This document shows, one piece after another, positions 1-11,019 of a stretch of DNA of 64,000 bases. The DNA comes from an uncultured Gammaproteobacteria bacterium. GTDB lineage: Bacteria; Patescibacteriota; Patescibacteriia; UBA9934. How positions within the stretch are numbered: position 1 is the first letter of the stretch; every line of letters begins with the position of its first letter. The notes below the pieces were generated by a model. That model was not told the origin of the DNA. It saw only the letters and a list, made by a program, of their open reading frames with translations, and searched no databases. The position numbers were made by a program, and so were the translations under genes. The DNA lies in assembly GCA_964414795.1 (NCBI GenBank), contig CAYPWV010000003.1, forward strand, positions 2,081-66,080, in the 5' to 3' direction.

Positions 1-410
1 TTTGTGCAAGCGATCGCATTAGCTTTTTGCAAGGCAATTTGCTTTTGCCTTTTTTTCCCGTTTTTGCAAAATGGCCGGAGAGTTTTCCTGTTGATCATCT
101 TCTGTTGTGTGCAAATCTTCCTTATCTTACGACACATCAGTGGGAAGCGCTCAACGCAAATGTAAAAAACTTTGAACCAAAAACTGCGCTTGTGGGCGGC
201 TACACCGGTCTTGAACTGTACGACGAACTCCTCATGCAACTTAAAGCAAAATGTTTCGTTCTTCCTCAAAACATTACCCTTGCCTGCGAAATTGATCCCG
301 CACAAAAAGAAAAACTTCCTAAAATCATCCGCGCACACTTCCCTTTTGCGGAAGTAAACGTCATCAATGATCTTGCCTATTTACCAAGGCTCGTGATGGC
401 AAAACTCTAA
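1..410 (+). CDS. prmC: Release-factor glutamine N5-methyltransferase PrmC/HemK, C-terminal part; the frame is open to the window edge, so the gene is 5'-truncated.
   Basis: N(L)PY motif (CANLPYL) followed by FEPKTALVGGYTGLELY, matching the PrmC NPPY..FEPxxAL..G block. The ORF-track start at 27 is a TTG inside the open frame. Confidence 0.55.
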   Translation, partial: CASDRISFLQGNLLLPFFPVFAKWPESFPVDHLLLCANLPYLTTHQWEALNANVKNFEPKTALVGGYTGLELYDELLMQLKAKCFVLPQNITLACEIDPAQKEKLPKIIRAHFPFAEVNVINDLAYLPRLVMAKL

Positions 411-434
411 AATGCCGCATAGCATCTCTTTTTT

Positions 435-1499
435 CTATTTCACCGTACTCAAATCTTGCACGACTTCAATCCACGTTTTTCCCGGAGCAAAAGTTACAGG
501 CTCGTTTGGATAGGAAATGTAGAACTGCAACGGTGCGTCGATCGATGCTTTGTTCCACACGGCATCTTGGCATGTGCCTCGTGAGCATACTTTTGCGTTT
601 CCGGTGCTTTCGGTTGCAATGTGGCGACGACCTACGTCATCGATGACAGAGATGTTGGTTTCCATAATAACCACATTCGCCGCGTGATATACATCACCAT
701 CTGAAGAGAGCGATCCTTCATACGTTTCTTGTCTACGAATATAATTCGCTTCCTGCTCACCCCAGCTCCAATAAACATCATATCCGGAAGAGTTCTCCCA
801 TGCGAGCGTGATGGGATCGCTCGTTTGACCGGCAATATATTGCGTATCATCGTATTTCCATCCAGGACTTACCGCATCAGCAAGCTCTAAACGATCTGCG
901 GCGGCCCAGAGCAATGCGCTTGAGGTATATGCGTTATGCGGTGCGTACCGAATGTTGTCTCGCCAAAAAGAAGATCCGTTCCAAAATTCGTTGAGATCGG
1001 TAAGGATGTTCTGACCTGCGAGTATTTCGAGTGCCTCGGGGCTTCCGCCAACATGGCCATAGAGTGCGTTTTGAAAACCCGATGCCCAAGATACGTAATA
1101 CGGACGAGCCGAGCGAACCGGACCAATTTTCTCGACATCAACCCCTTCTGTAAAACATGCCATAAAGCGAGGAATGCCTCCCTCAACCGGCGCTTCAATT
1201 ACTAAAAACGCGTCTTCAATACCCGAAAGCGGCCATGCATCTGCACTATTTTCTACCATGACGCACGCCACACGAGATCCGGAAGGAGCATCATCGGCAA
1301 TCAGTTCGCCTGTAAAAGGATCTCGTTGTAACGCTACAACGTCATCGGGCATATCTTCGGCAATAGGAGCTTGAACGGTAATTCCTCGAATATTCATCAC
1401 GATAACGACAAGACAGATCACAGCAAAAATTCCCGCAAGAGAGAAAAGAATCGTAATACGCTGTTTTTTAGTGAGATTTTTAAGAGGAGGAAATTTCAT
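435..1499 (-). CDS. DUF3048 (YerB-like) family protein with an N-terminal TM anchor.
   Basis: One N-terminal hydrophobic helix, then VMVENSADAWPLSGIEDAFLVIEAPVEGGIPRFMACF, which resembles the DUF3048 core. Confidence 0.5.
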   Translation of the reverse strand: MKFPPLKNLTKKQRITILFSLAGIFAVICLVVIVMNIRGITVQAPIAEDMPDDVVALQRDPFTGELIADDAPSGSRVACVMVENSADAWPLSGIEDAFLVIEAPVEGGIPRFMACFTEGVDVEKIGPVRSARPYYVSWASGFQNALYGHVGGSPEALEILAGQNILTDLNEFWNGSSFWRDNIRYAPHNAYTSSALLWAAADRLELADAVSPGWKYDDTQYIAGQTSDPITLAWENSSGYDVYWSWGEQEANYIRRQETYEGSLSSDGDVYHAANVVIMETNISVIDDVGRRHIATESTGNAKVCSRGTCQDAVWNKASIDAPLQFYISYPNEPVTFAPGKTWIEVVQDLSTVK

Positions 1500-1680
1500 A
1501 GACTATAGTTCAGTATACAAGGACTTTTCTTTTTTCCACAACAGTGTTCTTGACGACTATTTTACAAATATGGTGATATATAAATAACCCAGTTGAGGAT
1601 ACTCTCCTTAATCTACGGGTGACGAAATATAACTCCCCTTTTATTTGGTGGGGTTTTATTTTTATTCAACCGGAAGTCAC

Positions 1681-1756
1681 GGGCGTATGGAGGTAATGGT
1701 AGCCTCAACTGGATCGTCACCCGTAGGTGTGGGTTCGATTCCCACTACGTCCACCA
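1681..1756 (+). tRNA. tRNA, probably Thr with anticodon CGU. It ends in an encoded CCA, has a G3:U70 pair, one U.C mismatch in the anticodon stem and C at position 37.
   Basis: Acceptor GGGCGTA/TACGTCC, D arm GAGG-TAATGGTAG-CCTC, anticodon loop AT-CGT-CA, T arm GTGGG-TTCGATT-CCCAC, discriminator A, then CCA. Confidence 0.6.
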
Positions 1757-1831
1757 GGGATAAAAACCCTGCTTCCGGAAACTAAAAAATCCCCTTTTTC
1801 TTTGAGAAGCTGGGGAGTTTTTTTGGTGATG

Positions 1832-2512
1832 TTATTTCTTGTCGGTCTTTCCTTTATCTGCGCCTTCAACGGGCTCCTCTTCTTTCTTTTCGGTAAGCAC
1901 TTCTACCTTTGAAACATCGGCGTCAACCGCTTCGTTCAACGCGGCAAGTTCTTCTTCGGAGCGTGGAGCTTGTACCGAAGCAACCGCAGTGTCCGCAGCA
2001 TCTTTCACCTCGATACCCTCAGGAACAACGATATCTGAAACGTGCAACACATCTTCAAACGTTTTCAATGTACTAATATCTACTTCAAGTTCAGAAACCA
2101 ATTTATCAGGAAGTGCAAACACTTCAAGCTCTTCGAGCGACTGGATGAGCGTTCCGCCTGCAACTTTTACCGCAGCAGATTCTCCCACAAGAACGATACG
2201 AATGTTCGCCTCAATTTTACGCGTAGGGTCAACACGGCGGAAATCAACGTGCGAGAAAAAGTCGGTAAGCGGATGGCGCTGTACATCGGCGATAAGCACA
2301 GGGTGCGTAACGCCGTCGATAACCAATTCAACAACCGTACTCTCTCCTGCTTGCGCGTATACCTTTATAAAAGCATTGCGATCAACAACGAGATTAAGAG
2401 GCTCGGTGCCAAAACCGTACATAACTACAGGAACAGCACCAGCGGCGCGTAAAGCGTCTGTTGCACGACCGGTAACTTCGCGCTTCTGCGCAGGAATAGT
2501 TGCGTGTTGCAT
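1832..2512 (-). CDS. rplY: 50S ribosomal protein bL25 (Ctc-type, long form). The ORF-track start at 2545 is probably an artefact and the likely start is the internal Met at 2512.
   Basis: KREVTGRATDALRAAGAVPVVMYG... matches the L25/Ctc N-terminus, and there is an acidic C-terminal tail. Confidence 0.8.
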   Translation of the reverse strand: MQHATIPAQKREVTGRATDALRAAGAVPVVMYGFGTEPLNLVVDRNAFIKVYAQAGESTVVELVIDGVTHPVLIADVQRHPLTDFFSHVDFRRVDPTRKIEANIRIVLVGESAAVKVAGGTLIQSLEELEVFALPDKLVSELEVDISTLKTFEDVLHVSDIVVPEGIEVKDAADTAVASVQAPRSEEELAALNEAVDADVSKVEVLTEKKEEEPVEGADKGKTDKK

Positions 2513-2548
2513 ATTGGGCCCTATTTTGCCAAAAAAATAGGCCAAGTG

Positions 2549-3667
2549 TCAAATTCCTTCTCTTTGATTTGCCGAATTTGCCCGAACCTCCCAGGTAACG
2601 CGAAAAATCATTCCCAGGAGCAAAATCGTCATAAGAAGTGAACTTCCTCCATAACTTACGAGAGGAAGCGTAATTCCCGTTGCAGGCAAAATGCCCATAT
2701 TTGTCCCCATGTGGATAACCATGGGGACAAGAAAAAGGGCCGCAGTACCAAAAAGAAAGGCTCGCATAAAGCGATCTTTTGCAGAAAATGCAGCGAGAAA
2801 GATGCGGAAGAGCAAAAAGCCAAACGTACAAAGAACAAAGAATGCTCCAATAAATCCAAATTCTTCCGCAATAACCGCAAAAATGAAATCGGTTTGGCTT
2901 TCGGGGAGAAATTGCAGCTGGCTTTGGCTTCCTTCGGCAAATCCCCTTCCCAGCCATCCTCCCGAACCAATAGCAATCATGGCTTGATTCACGTTATAGC
3001 CCGTGCCTAACGGATCTACGGAAGGATCGATAAATGTAGCGATACGATCTTTTTGATATTGAGAAAAAAGGAGCGTCCATCCGAGGAGCGCCAAAACTAC
3101 CAAACCGCCGAGTGCTGCCACGATCCACCGCCAAGAAATACCAGAAAAAAAGAGGATCATCGCCGCAACGCCTCCTAGAAGGACCGCGCCTCCTAAATCC
3201 GGCTGACGCATAAGAAGAACGCATGCGATAGCAAGGGCACCGCCCACGCGCACAACGGTTCGAGGCTTGAGGGGATAGGTATCATCTTCCGCCAAAAGAG
3301 AAGCTGAATACATGACAAAAGCAATTTTTGCCCATTCAATGGGCTGAAAGGCAAAGCCTCCGAGCACAAACCATCCCGTTGCGCCATTGAGCGTTCTTCC
3401 TAAAAAAAGCACGAAAACAAGAAGTGCAAGCGCAAAAAACCATGCAAGCTTAGCGTATTGCCTGATGGCAACGGCGGGACGCGTAAGGATAAGTACCGCT
3501 CCCACCGTTCCTAAGGCTGCGGCGATAAGTTGTTTTTGCAAAAAAGGAAAAGAACCTGCGGATTGCGAAAGTTCCACAGAGCCAATGGCCACAAGTCCCA
3601 TAAAAAACAATAACAACACTGCAGCAAGTGCCCACCAATCAAACCAAGTGAAAGAGAGACGACGCAT
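2549..3667 (-). CDS. SEDS-family peptidoglycan glycosyltransferase (RodA/FtsW).
   Basis: Ten-TM architecture with a C-terminal block PLVSYGGSSLLMTILLLGM typical of FtsW/RodA/SpoVE. Confidence 0.8.
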   Translation of the reverse strand: MRRLSFTWFDWWALAAVLLLFFMGLVAIGSVELSQSAGSFPFLQKQLIAAALGTVGAVLILTRPAVAIRQYAKLAWFFALALLVFVLFLGRTLNGATGWFVLGGFAFQPIEWAKIAFVMYSASLLAEDDTYPLKPRTVVRVGGALAIACVLLMRQPDLGGAVLLGGVAAMILFFSGISWRWIVAALGGLVVLALLGWTLLFSQYQKDRIATFIDPSVDPLGTGYNVNQAMIAIGSGGWLGRGFAEGSQSQLQFLPESQTDFIFAVIAEEFGFIGAFFVLCTFGFLLFRIFLAAFSAKDRFMRAFLFGTAALFLVPMVIHMGTNMGILPATGITLPLVSYGGSSLLMTILLLGMIFRVTWEVRANSANQREGI

Positions 3668-3682
3668 GGCAAACTTCTTATC

Positions 3683-4642
3683 TCATCTCCCCTCCGGTGT
3701 CCATCGACTACGCACATCGTCTGATGAAGAATCTTCTGGATCCATGTACGCATTTTGATCGTAGTACGGGATGTGCGGCGTTACTGATACGGTTGCGGTT
3801 TGCGGTAAATCGCCAAAGAAACGAAGATCAATGATGCGCTCTTCTCCTGCCTTAAAACGAGCAGCGGTAATTTCTGCAATACCAAGTGTGAGCGCGCCGC
3901 GAAGAATACGCACCGTAAAAGAAGGTTCCCAATAGCTATACGCTGTGTGATTAGTAAGGGAAAATGTAGCGCGAGAAACGTGCGTATCTGCGTAGGTAAT
4001 ATCTTGCGCAAATACCACATGATCCACGCTAAATGCCGAACGATCACTATACCACGTAGCGATATTGGCAACATCGTGCGCGGAAAGATAGATCCAAGAA
4101 ATATCCGCAAGGTTTATCGTTGCATTTTTTGGCTTTCCGGAACTTGCGTGCGCGGCAAGAATATACGCCGTTTCTCCGGGGTTTAAAAATCCCTCTTGGG
4201 ATGCGACATCGCCTTCTGCGGAAGAAAAAGTATAAGAAAATTCTACCGCATGACGAGGATTGGGATTTTCTACTTCCGCATACAGGTCATACATTCCCCC
4301 GCTTCCCGACGCAACACTCTGTACATTTCCCACAATAAGATCTTGCGGCGCGGCCGCAGAAGTATGCGCATGTGTTTGCGTAGCATTTGTTAACAGTGCA
4401 TTTTCGTACGCCGTATCTTCAAAAAAACCTTGCACGCCATACCAACCCACACTCGCAAGAAAAAAGAATAACGCTCCTGCAAGGATAGCGCTCCAAACAA
4501 TAAAAAGAGCCGCGGTAATGCGAGGACGCGCATTGAGGAGCGCAATATTTTTTTTATACTCGCGCTCAACGCCTTGAATATCTTGGCTAAGCGGAGATGC
4601 TAAGGGATTTTCTGGCATATTCCTCCATACACATGGTATCAC
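3683..4642 (-). CDS. Hypothetical protein with a single N-terminal TM helix and no recognised domain.
   Basis: Long ORF, one hydrophobic helix (LFIVWSAILAGALFFFLASVGWYGV), divergent from gyrB. Confidence 0.4.
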   Translation of the reverse strand: MIPCVWRNMPENPLASPLSQDIQGVEREYKKNIALLNARPRITAALFIVWSAILAGALFFFLASVGWYGVQGFFEDTAYENALLTNATQTHAHTSAAAPQDLIVGNVQSVASGSGGMYDLYAEVENPNPRHAVEFSYTFSSAEGDVASQEGFLNPGETAYILAAHASSGKPKNATINLADISWIYLSAHDVANIATWYSDRSAFSVDHVVFAQDITYADTHVSRATFSLTNHTAYSYWEPSFTVRILRGALTLGIAEITAARFKAGEERIIDLRFFGDLPQTATVSVTPHIPYYDQNAYMDPEDSSSDDVRSRWTPEGR

Positions 4643-4661
4643 AGGGACACCTTGTGACTGA

Positions 4662-6692
<2,031 letters not shown>

Positions 6693-6705
6693 CCGAGAGA
6701 CTAAA

Positions 6706-6730
6706 GAGACGGCCCGACGGGCCGTCTTTA
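6706..6730 (+). terminator. Intrinsic terminator hairpin downstream of gyrB.
   Basis: AGACGGCCCG-ACG-GGCCGTCT stem followed by a T-rich run. Confidence 0.55.
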
Positions 6731-6878
6731 CGCTATGACTCCCATCTCGCGCTCTACCATCATCCTGGCTGCTATTCCCAGTCTTGGAATCCTATTCGCA
6801 CTTCTCCTTGCGTATTTCTTACGGTAGCGTATACTTCCCCCTGTTGTCCCCCAAAAGGGGATTTTAAAATAGCAAAAT

Positions 6879-7079
6879 ATGTTAAAAACTCTCCCCCGCC
6901 GTGCGTTTACCTACTTTACCGAGGTACGCAGTGAAATTGAAAAAATTGCCTGGCCTACGCAAAAAATGACCCTTCTCTACGCTGCATTTGTCGTAGGAAC
7001 GTGCGTCGTGTTTGCGTTGTATTTTGGTATACTTGACTTTGGTCTTACAAAACTTGTTAACGCTCTTCTTTCTCGCTAA
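6879..7079 (+). CDS. secE: Preprotein translocase subunit SecE.
   Basis: 66 aa, the conserved EVRSEIEKIAWPT motif, a single C-terminal TM helix, and the canonical position immediately upstream of nusG. Confidence 0.75.
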   Translation: MLKTLPRRAFTYFTEVRSEIEKIAWPTQKMTLLYAAFVVGTCVVFALYFGILDFGLTKLVNALLSR

Positions 7080-7088
7080 ACCCTTTGT

Positions 7089-7634
7089 ATGGCAAAACAA
7101 ACCGCCAATTACGGTCGTCGATGGTACGCAATTCACACGTATTCAGGCTACGAAGAAGCCGTGTACGATGCATTGAAACAGCGCATTGAAACCATGGACA
7201 TGGGAGAAAAAATCTTCGGTATTTTGGTTCCCAAAGAAAAGAAAATTAAAATTAAAAATGGCGCACGCAAAGTTGTTGAGGAAAAGATTTTTCCTGGATA
7301 CGTACTTGTGGAAATGATTGTTACCGATGACTCTTGGTACGTGGTGCGCAACACGCCAAACGTTACCGGATTTATTGGAACGGGAAACACGCCTACGCCT
7401 ATTGCACAAGAAGAGGTTGATGCACTGATGAAGCGCGTGGGCGTATCTGAACCCGAATTCAAAATCGATGTCGCCAAGGGCGATACCGTTACCATTTCCG
7501 ATGGTCCTTTCAAAGGACAAAACGCAAAAGTGGAGGCAGTTGATGATTCTCGCGGAAAAATCAAAGTCTTCGTTTCTATGTTCGGTCGAGAAACGTCCCT
7601 TGAACTTGATTTCTTGCAGGTGAAAAAAGTGTAA
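7089..7634 (+). CDS. nusG: Transcription termination/antitermination factor NusG.
   Basis: WYAIHTYSGYEEAV (NGN domain) plus a C-terminal KOW domain; the secE-nusG-rplK-rplA gene order is conserved. Confidence 0.9.
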   Translation: MAKQTANYGRRWYAIHTYSGYEEAVYDALKQRIETMDMGEKIFGILVPKEKKIKIKNGARKVVEEKIFPGYVLVEMIVTDDSWYVVRNTPNVTGFIGTGNTPTPIAQEEVDALMKRVGVSEPEFKIDVAKGDTVTISDGPFKGQNAKVEAVDDSRGKIKVFVSMFGRETSLELDFLQVKKV

Positions 7635-7732
7635 GTTCATTTGACACTTTTCGCTTATCTTGGCACAATATCGCTACTAAATAACGAGGTGGTTGCTTCC
7701 TTTTGGAGGATTCCACTATAAAAAAGTCTCGT

Positions 7733-8158
7733 ATGGCAAAAAAAATAAAAGCCGTCTTGAAGGTACAGGCAATTGGAGGTGCAGCTACTCCGGCACCACC
7801 ATTAGGTCCGGTTCTTGGTCAACAAGGTATTCCTATTCAGCAATTTATCGCTGAATTCAATGCGGCAACGCAAGATCGTCGCGGAGAGTTGGTTCCTGCA
7901 GTGATTACCGTGTTCGAGGATCGCTCATTCACGTTCATCCTCAAAACCGCACCTGCATCAGAACTTATTAAAAAAGAACTCGGCATCAAAACTGGTTCGG
8001 GAAAGCCTAACCAAGATAAGCTGGGAAAGCTTACCCGCGAACAGCTTAAGCGCATTGCGGAAAAGAAACTTCCTGACCTCAACACCAAAAATGTTGAACA
8101 AGCAATGAAAACCATTGCAGGAACTGCACGCCAAATGGGAGTTGATGTCGAGCTATAA
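7733..8158 (+). CDS. rplK: 50S ribosomal protein uL11. The ORF-track start at 7703 is a TTG and the likely start is the ATG at 7733.
   Basis: [38 protein letters not shown] closely matches the L11 N-terminus. Confidence 0.9.
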   Translation: MAKKIKAVLKVQAIGGAATPAPPLGPVLGQQGIPIQQFIAEFNAATQDRRGELVPAVITVFEDRSFTFILKTAPASELIKKELGIKTGSGKPNQDKLGKLTREQLKRIAEKKLPDLNTKNVEQAMKTIAGTARQMGVDVEL

Positions 8159-8186
8159 TAGAGCCGGACATTCTTAACCCGTTTCT

Positions 8187-8606
8187 ATGGCAACCGCACC
8201 GCATCATGCAGGCACTTCGTTTATTCTCCGCATGTACTTTGCGGTGGTATCGGCAGTAACGCTTTTTACCCTCATGTTTGGTGCTATTGATTTGCTAACT
8301 ACGGGACTTCGTTACGTTATTCCGGGAGCAAATCAGCCAGACTGGGGACTGGAAAGCTGCTCAAATGTGTTGAATCGTTATCCTGAACAAATTCCTCCAG
8401 GAACAGGAACGGTCGACGTTTCCGAACCCACCGAAGCAGAGCTTACCGCGGCATGCGAAGCACGCAACGCTGATGCGCTCCGTAACTGGGAAGCTCAGCA
8501 AGCGGCAAACATGGTGCGCAATATTGCCCTTATCATCGTTTCCCTCCCCCTCTTCATCATCCACTTCCGCATTGTGTATAAGGATTGGAAAAATGAACGA
8601 GAATAG
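8187..8606 (+). CDS. Hypothetical small membrane protein with two TM helices, sitting between rplK and rplA.
   Basis: 139-aa ORF with N- and C-terminal hydrophobic helices. It fills the 420-nt rplK-rplA gap, which is normally only a few nucleotides long. Confidence 0.35.
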   Translation: MATAPHHAGTSFILRMYFAVVSAVTLFTLMFGAIDLLTTGLRYVIPGANQPDWGLESCSNVLNRYPEQIPPGTGTVDVSEPTEAELTAACEARNADALRNWEAQQAANMVRNIALIIVSLPLFIIHFRIVYKDWKNERE

Positions 8607-8670
8607 TCACCGCATCTCTTAAAACACTTTTAACGTGGGAGCCCAAAAGGCGTTTGTACCACCTCTCTCT

Positions 8671-9357
8671 ATGCGCAGCAAACGCTTTACGTCACTTAAG
8701 GAAAACGCTCAGCAAAAAGCTCTTGGAACGTCACAAGCAGTTGCACTTGTAAAAACAAACGCAACGGCAAAGTTTGATGAAACGGTTGAGCTACACTTCA
8801 ACTTAGGCATTGATCCTAAGCAGGGAGATCAGCAAATTCGTGGAACTATTTCCCTTCCTCATGGAACGGGAAAGAGCAAGCGCATTGCTGCGTTCGTTGA
8901 CCCTGCAAACGAAGCAGCAGCAAAAGCTGCAGGTGCCGACATTGTTGCAACCGAAGAAACCATCAACGAAATTGTACGTACGGGTAAAATCGATTTCGAT
9001 GTTGCTGTTGCAGTGCCAAGTATGATGGTTAAGCTTGCAAAAGCTGCAAAGATCCTCGGACCTCGCGGACTCATGCCAAACCCAAAAACGGAAACCGTTA
9101 GCCCAAACGTTGCAAAAATGATCGAAGAACAGAAGGCGGGAAAGATTTCCTTCAAAAACGATAACACTGCGAACGTACACATGATCGTAGGTAAGGCATC
9201 GTTCTCCGCAGAACAGCTCACCGAAAATGTGAATGCGGCAATTGATGCGCTTCGCAAAGTAAAACCGGTGAGTTCAAAAGGTGCGTATTTCAAGTCGGTT
9301 ACCCTCACATCAACCATGGGACCTTCGGTACGTGTAGAAGTTGCAAACGTAGCATAA
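8671..9357 (+). CDS. rplA: 50S ribosomal protein uL1. The likely start is the internal Met at 8671.
   Basis: TAKFDETVELHFNLGIDPKQGDQQIRGTISLPHGTGKSKRIAAF matches the L1 core. Confidence 0.9.
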   Translation: MRSKRFTSLKENAQQKALGTSQAVALVKTNATAKFDETVELHFNLGIDPKQGDQQIRGTISLPHGTGKSKRIAAFVDPANEAAAKAAGADIVATEETINEIVRTGKIDFDVAVAVPSMMVKLAKAAKILGPRGLMPNPKTETVSPNVAKMIEEQKAGKISFKNDNTANVHMIVGKASFSAEQLTENVNAAIDALRKVKPVSSKGAYFKSVTLTSTMGPSVRVEVANVA

Positions 9358-9420
9358 AAAATCGGCGTGCATTGTACGGGCGGGTTTTAAACCCGCCCCT
9401 ACGACACGCCGATTTTTTTA
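9357..9420 (+). terminator. rplA terminator. A long hairpin (AAAAATCGGCGTG...CACGCCGATTTTTTT) encloses the 28-nt palindromic repeat (family A copy 1, 9372-9399).
   Basis: Perfect 13-bp outer stem plus T7; inner palindrome GGGCGGGTTTTAAACCCGCCC. Confidence 0.6.
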
Positions 9421-9500
9421 TTTCTTCCCTTTTCTGCGTCCACAGCTCCCCCTCCCTTGTACGCGGGGGTTTTGCTAAGGTGACATGAAACAAGTTTTCC

Positions 9501-10094
9501 TTGGATATGAAAGATCTCTTTGGTCCTGGCTCAAACATCGAACGGCGCATTATTAAAGATATTCAGCAGATGCAGAAAATCGTCGAAGGACTAAAAACAC
9601 TGGGTCTCAAAGTGCTCCTTACACAAGGAACCTATGATCTCGCACACATTGGACATGCGCGGTATTTTGAAGCAGCGAAAGCGCATGGTGATATTCTTAT
9701 TGTAGGCGTTGATAGTGATGAGAAAGTGCGCGCACGCAAAGGCCCTGAGCGACCCATTGTTCCCGAAGATGAACGTATGGAAATGCTTACACACATGCGA
9801 TACATAGATTTTGTATACCTCAAACCACACGCCGCACCTCGTTGGCACCTTACTAAAGCTGTAAAACCCGATGTACTTATTGCAACACGGGAAATGTATA
9901 CAGAAAATGAAATTGCAGAACTAAAAAATTACTGCAAGGAAGTTGTCATCCTTGATCCCCAGGCAACCACCTCTACGAGTGCAAAAATTCGCAGAATGCA
10001 AATTAATACTGCAAATAAACTTGAAGAAATACTTGTTCCAGAACTCATGAAAACCATTCAGGAAACGCTGAATAAAATGAAAAGCGATTCTTGA
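9501..10094 (+). CDS. Cytidylyltransferase-family nucleotidyltransferase (TagD / RfaE-domain-II-like, HxGH motif).
   Basis: GTYDLAHIGH (HxGH), DILIVGVDSDE, and a C-terminal TSTSAKIRRM resembling the glycerol-3-phosphate cytidylyltransferase ISTTKIK motif. Confidence 0.6.
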   Translation: MDMKDLFGPGSNIERRIIKDIQQMQKIVEGLKTLGLKVLLTQGTYDLAHIGHARYFEAAKAHGDILIVGVDSDEKVRARKGPERPIVPEDERMEMLTHMRYIDFVYLKPHAAPRWHLTKAVKPDVLIATREMYTENEIAELKNYCKEVVILDPQATTSTSAKIRRMQINTANKLEEILVPELMKTIQETLNKMKSDS

Positions 10095-10097
10095 ACT

Positions 10098-10931
10098 ATG
10101 GCAAAAATACTTCTTGCGTACGTTCCGGTTCTTCACGAGGGATATAGATCTTTTTTTGCACGCCATGCCGACGCGGAGACGTTATATTTGTTTGGAAGCG
10201 ATGTTATTGCAGAATACGCACATCTCATTAAAGACATCCGCAAACTTGATCCAGAGCTTACGCAAAAAGCGGTTCTTTCGTGGAACATGTTTCCTCATGT
10301 AGAAATTCTTATCTTGCAAAATATTTCCGAGATACAAAAAACAACCGATACAATCGTGTACTCGGATGACGACATAACACATGATCTTGTTGCGCGCTAT
10401 TTTCCCGAACACGCGAAAGAGATTGACACTGTTTTTTTACGTTGGAATAAAAAGACTGCAGTTGAACCTATGCAAGTTGCGCCAGACGTTCGTATAAGCA
10501 CTGACGACTTCGATAAAAAAATGATCGCACTCGCAAAAGAAGAAGGTGAGAAAAGTCCTGATTGGTGGAGACATATTGGAGCTCTTGCGCTACGTGATGG
10601 AAAAATGCTTTTCATTGCACATAATTCTTATCTTCCCTCGGAACAAACCGCATACGACGAAGGAGATCCTCGCAGCAATTTTACAAGCGGCGTTCATCTC
10701 GAGTCATCCCTCGTTCTTCATGCAGAAGCAAGTCTTGTTGCACAAGCCGCAAAAACAGGTGTAGCACTTGCAGGAGCTGATATCTACACCGAAACATTTC
10801 CCTGCCCTCCGTGCGCAAAACAACTGGCGTGTTCAGGAATCAAACGTCTCTTTTACCGAACGGGATATAAAGTACTCGACGGTGAACGTATTTTACGGAG
10901 TTTTGGCGTTGAAATTGTATTTGTGGAGTAA
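10098..10931 (+). CDS. dCMP/cytidine-deaminase-like zinc enzyme with an N-terminal extension of about 170 aa of unknown function.
   Basis: C-terminal HAEASLVAQAAKTGVALAGADIYTETFPCPPCAKQL is the canonical H(A/C)E...PCxxC deaminase zinc site. The N-terminal half has no recognisable motif. Confidence 0.6.
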   Translation: MAKILLAYVPVLHEGYRSFFARHADAETLYLFGSDVIAEYAHLIKDIRKLDPELTQKAVLSWNMFPHVEILILQNISEIQKTTDTIVYSDDDITHDLVARYFPEHAKEIDTVFLRWNKKTAVEPMQVAPDVRISTDDFDKKMIALAKEEGEKSPDWWRHIGALALRDGKMLFIAHNSYLPSEQTAYDEGDPRSNFTSGVHLESSLVLHAEASLVAQAAKTGVALAGADIYTETFPCPPCAKQLACSGIKRLFYRTGYKVLDGERILRSFGVEIVFVE

Positions 10932-11019
10932 GAAAAACGGAGCCGCATCACGCATCTCTGCGCAACACGACCCCGTACACGGTGCAGAGAGAACGCGTCA
11001 AACTCCAAACGTGAGGGAG

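Noticed and set aside
1839-2540. 233-aa Ser/Thr-rich plus-strand ORF.
   Set aside because: It is entirely antisense to the well-supported rplY gene and its composition is low-complexity, so it is a typical antisense artefact.
2394-2957. 187-aa Cys/Trp/Arg-rich minus-strand ORF overlapping the rplY start and SEDS gene end.
   Set aside because: It is out of frame with both supported genes and has a low-complexity translation. The boundary region is explained by the rplY (ends 2512) and SEDS (starts 2549) annotations.
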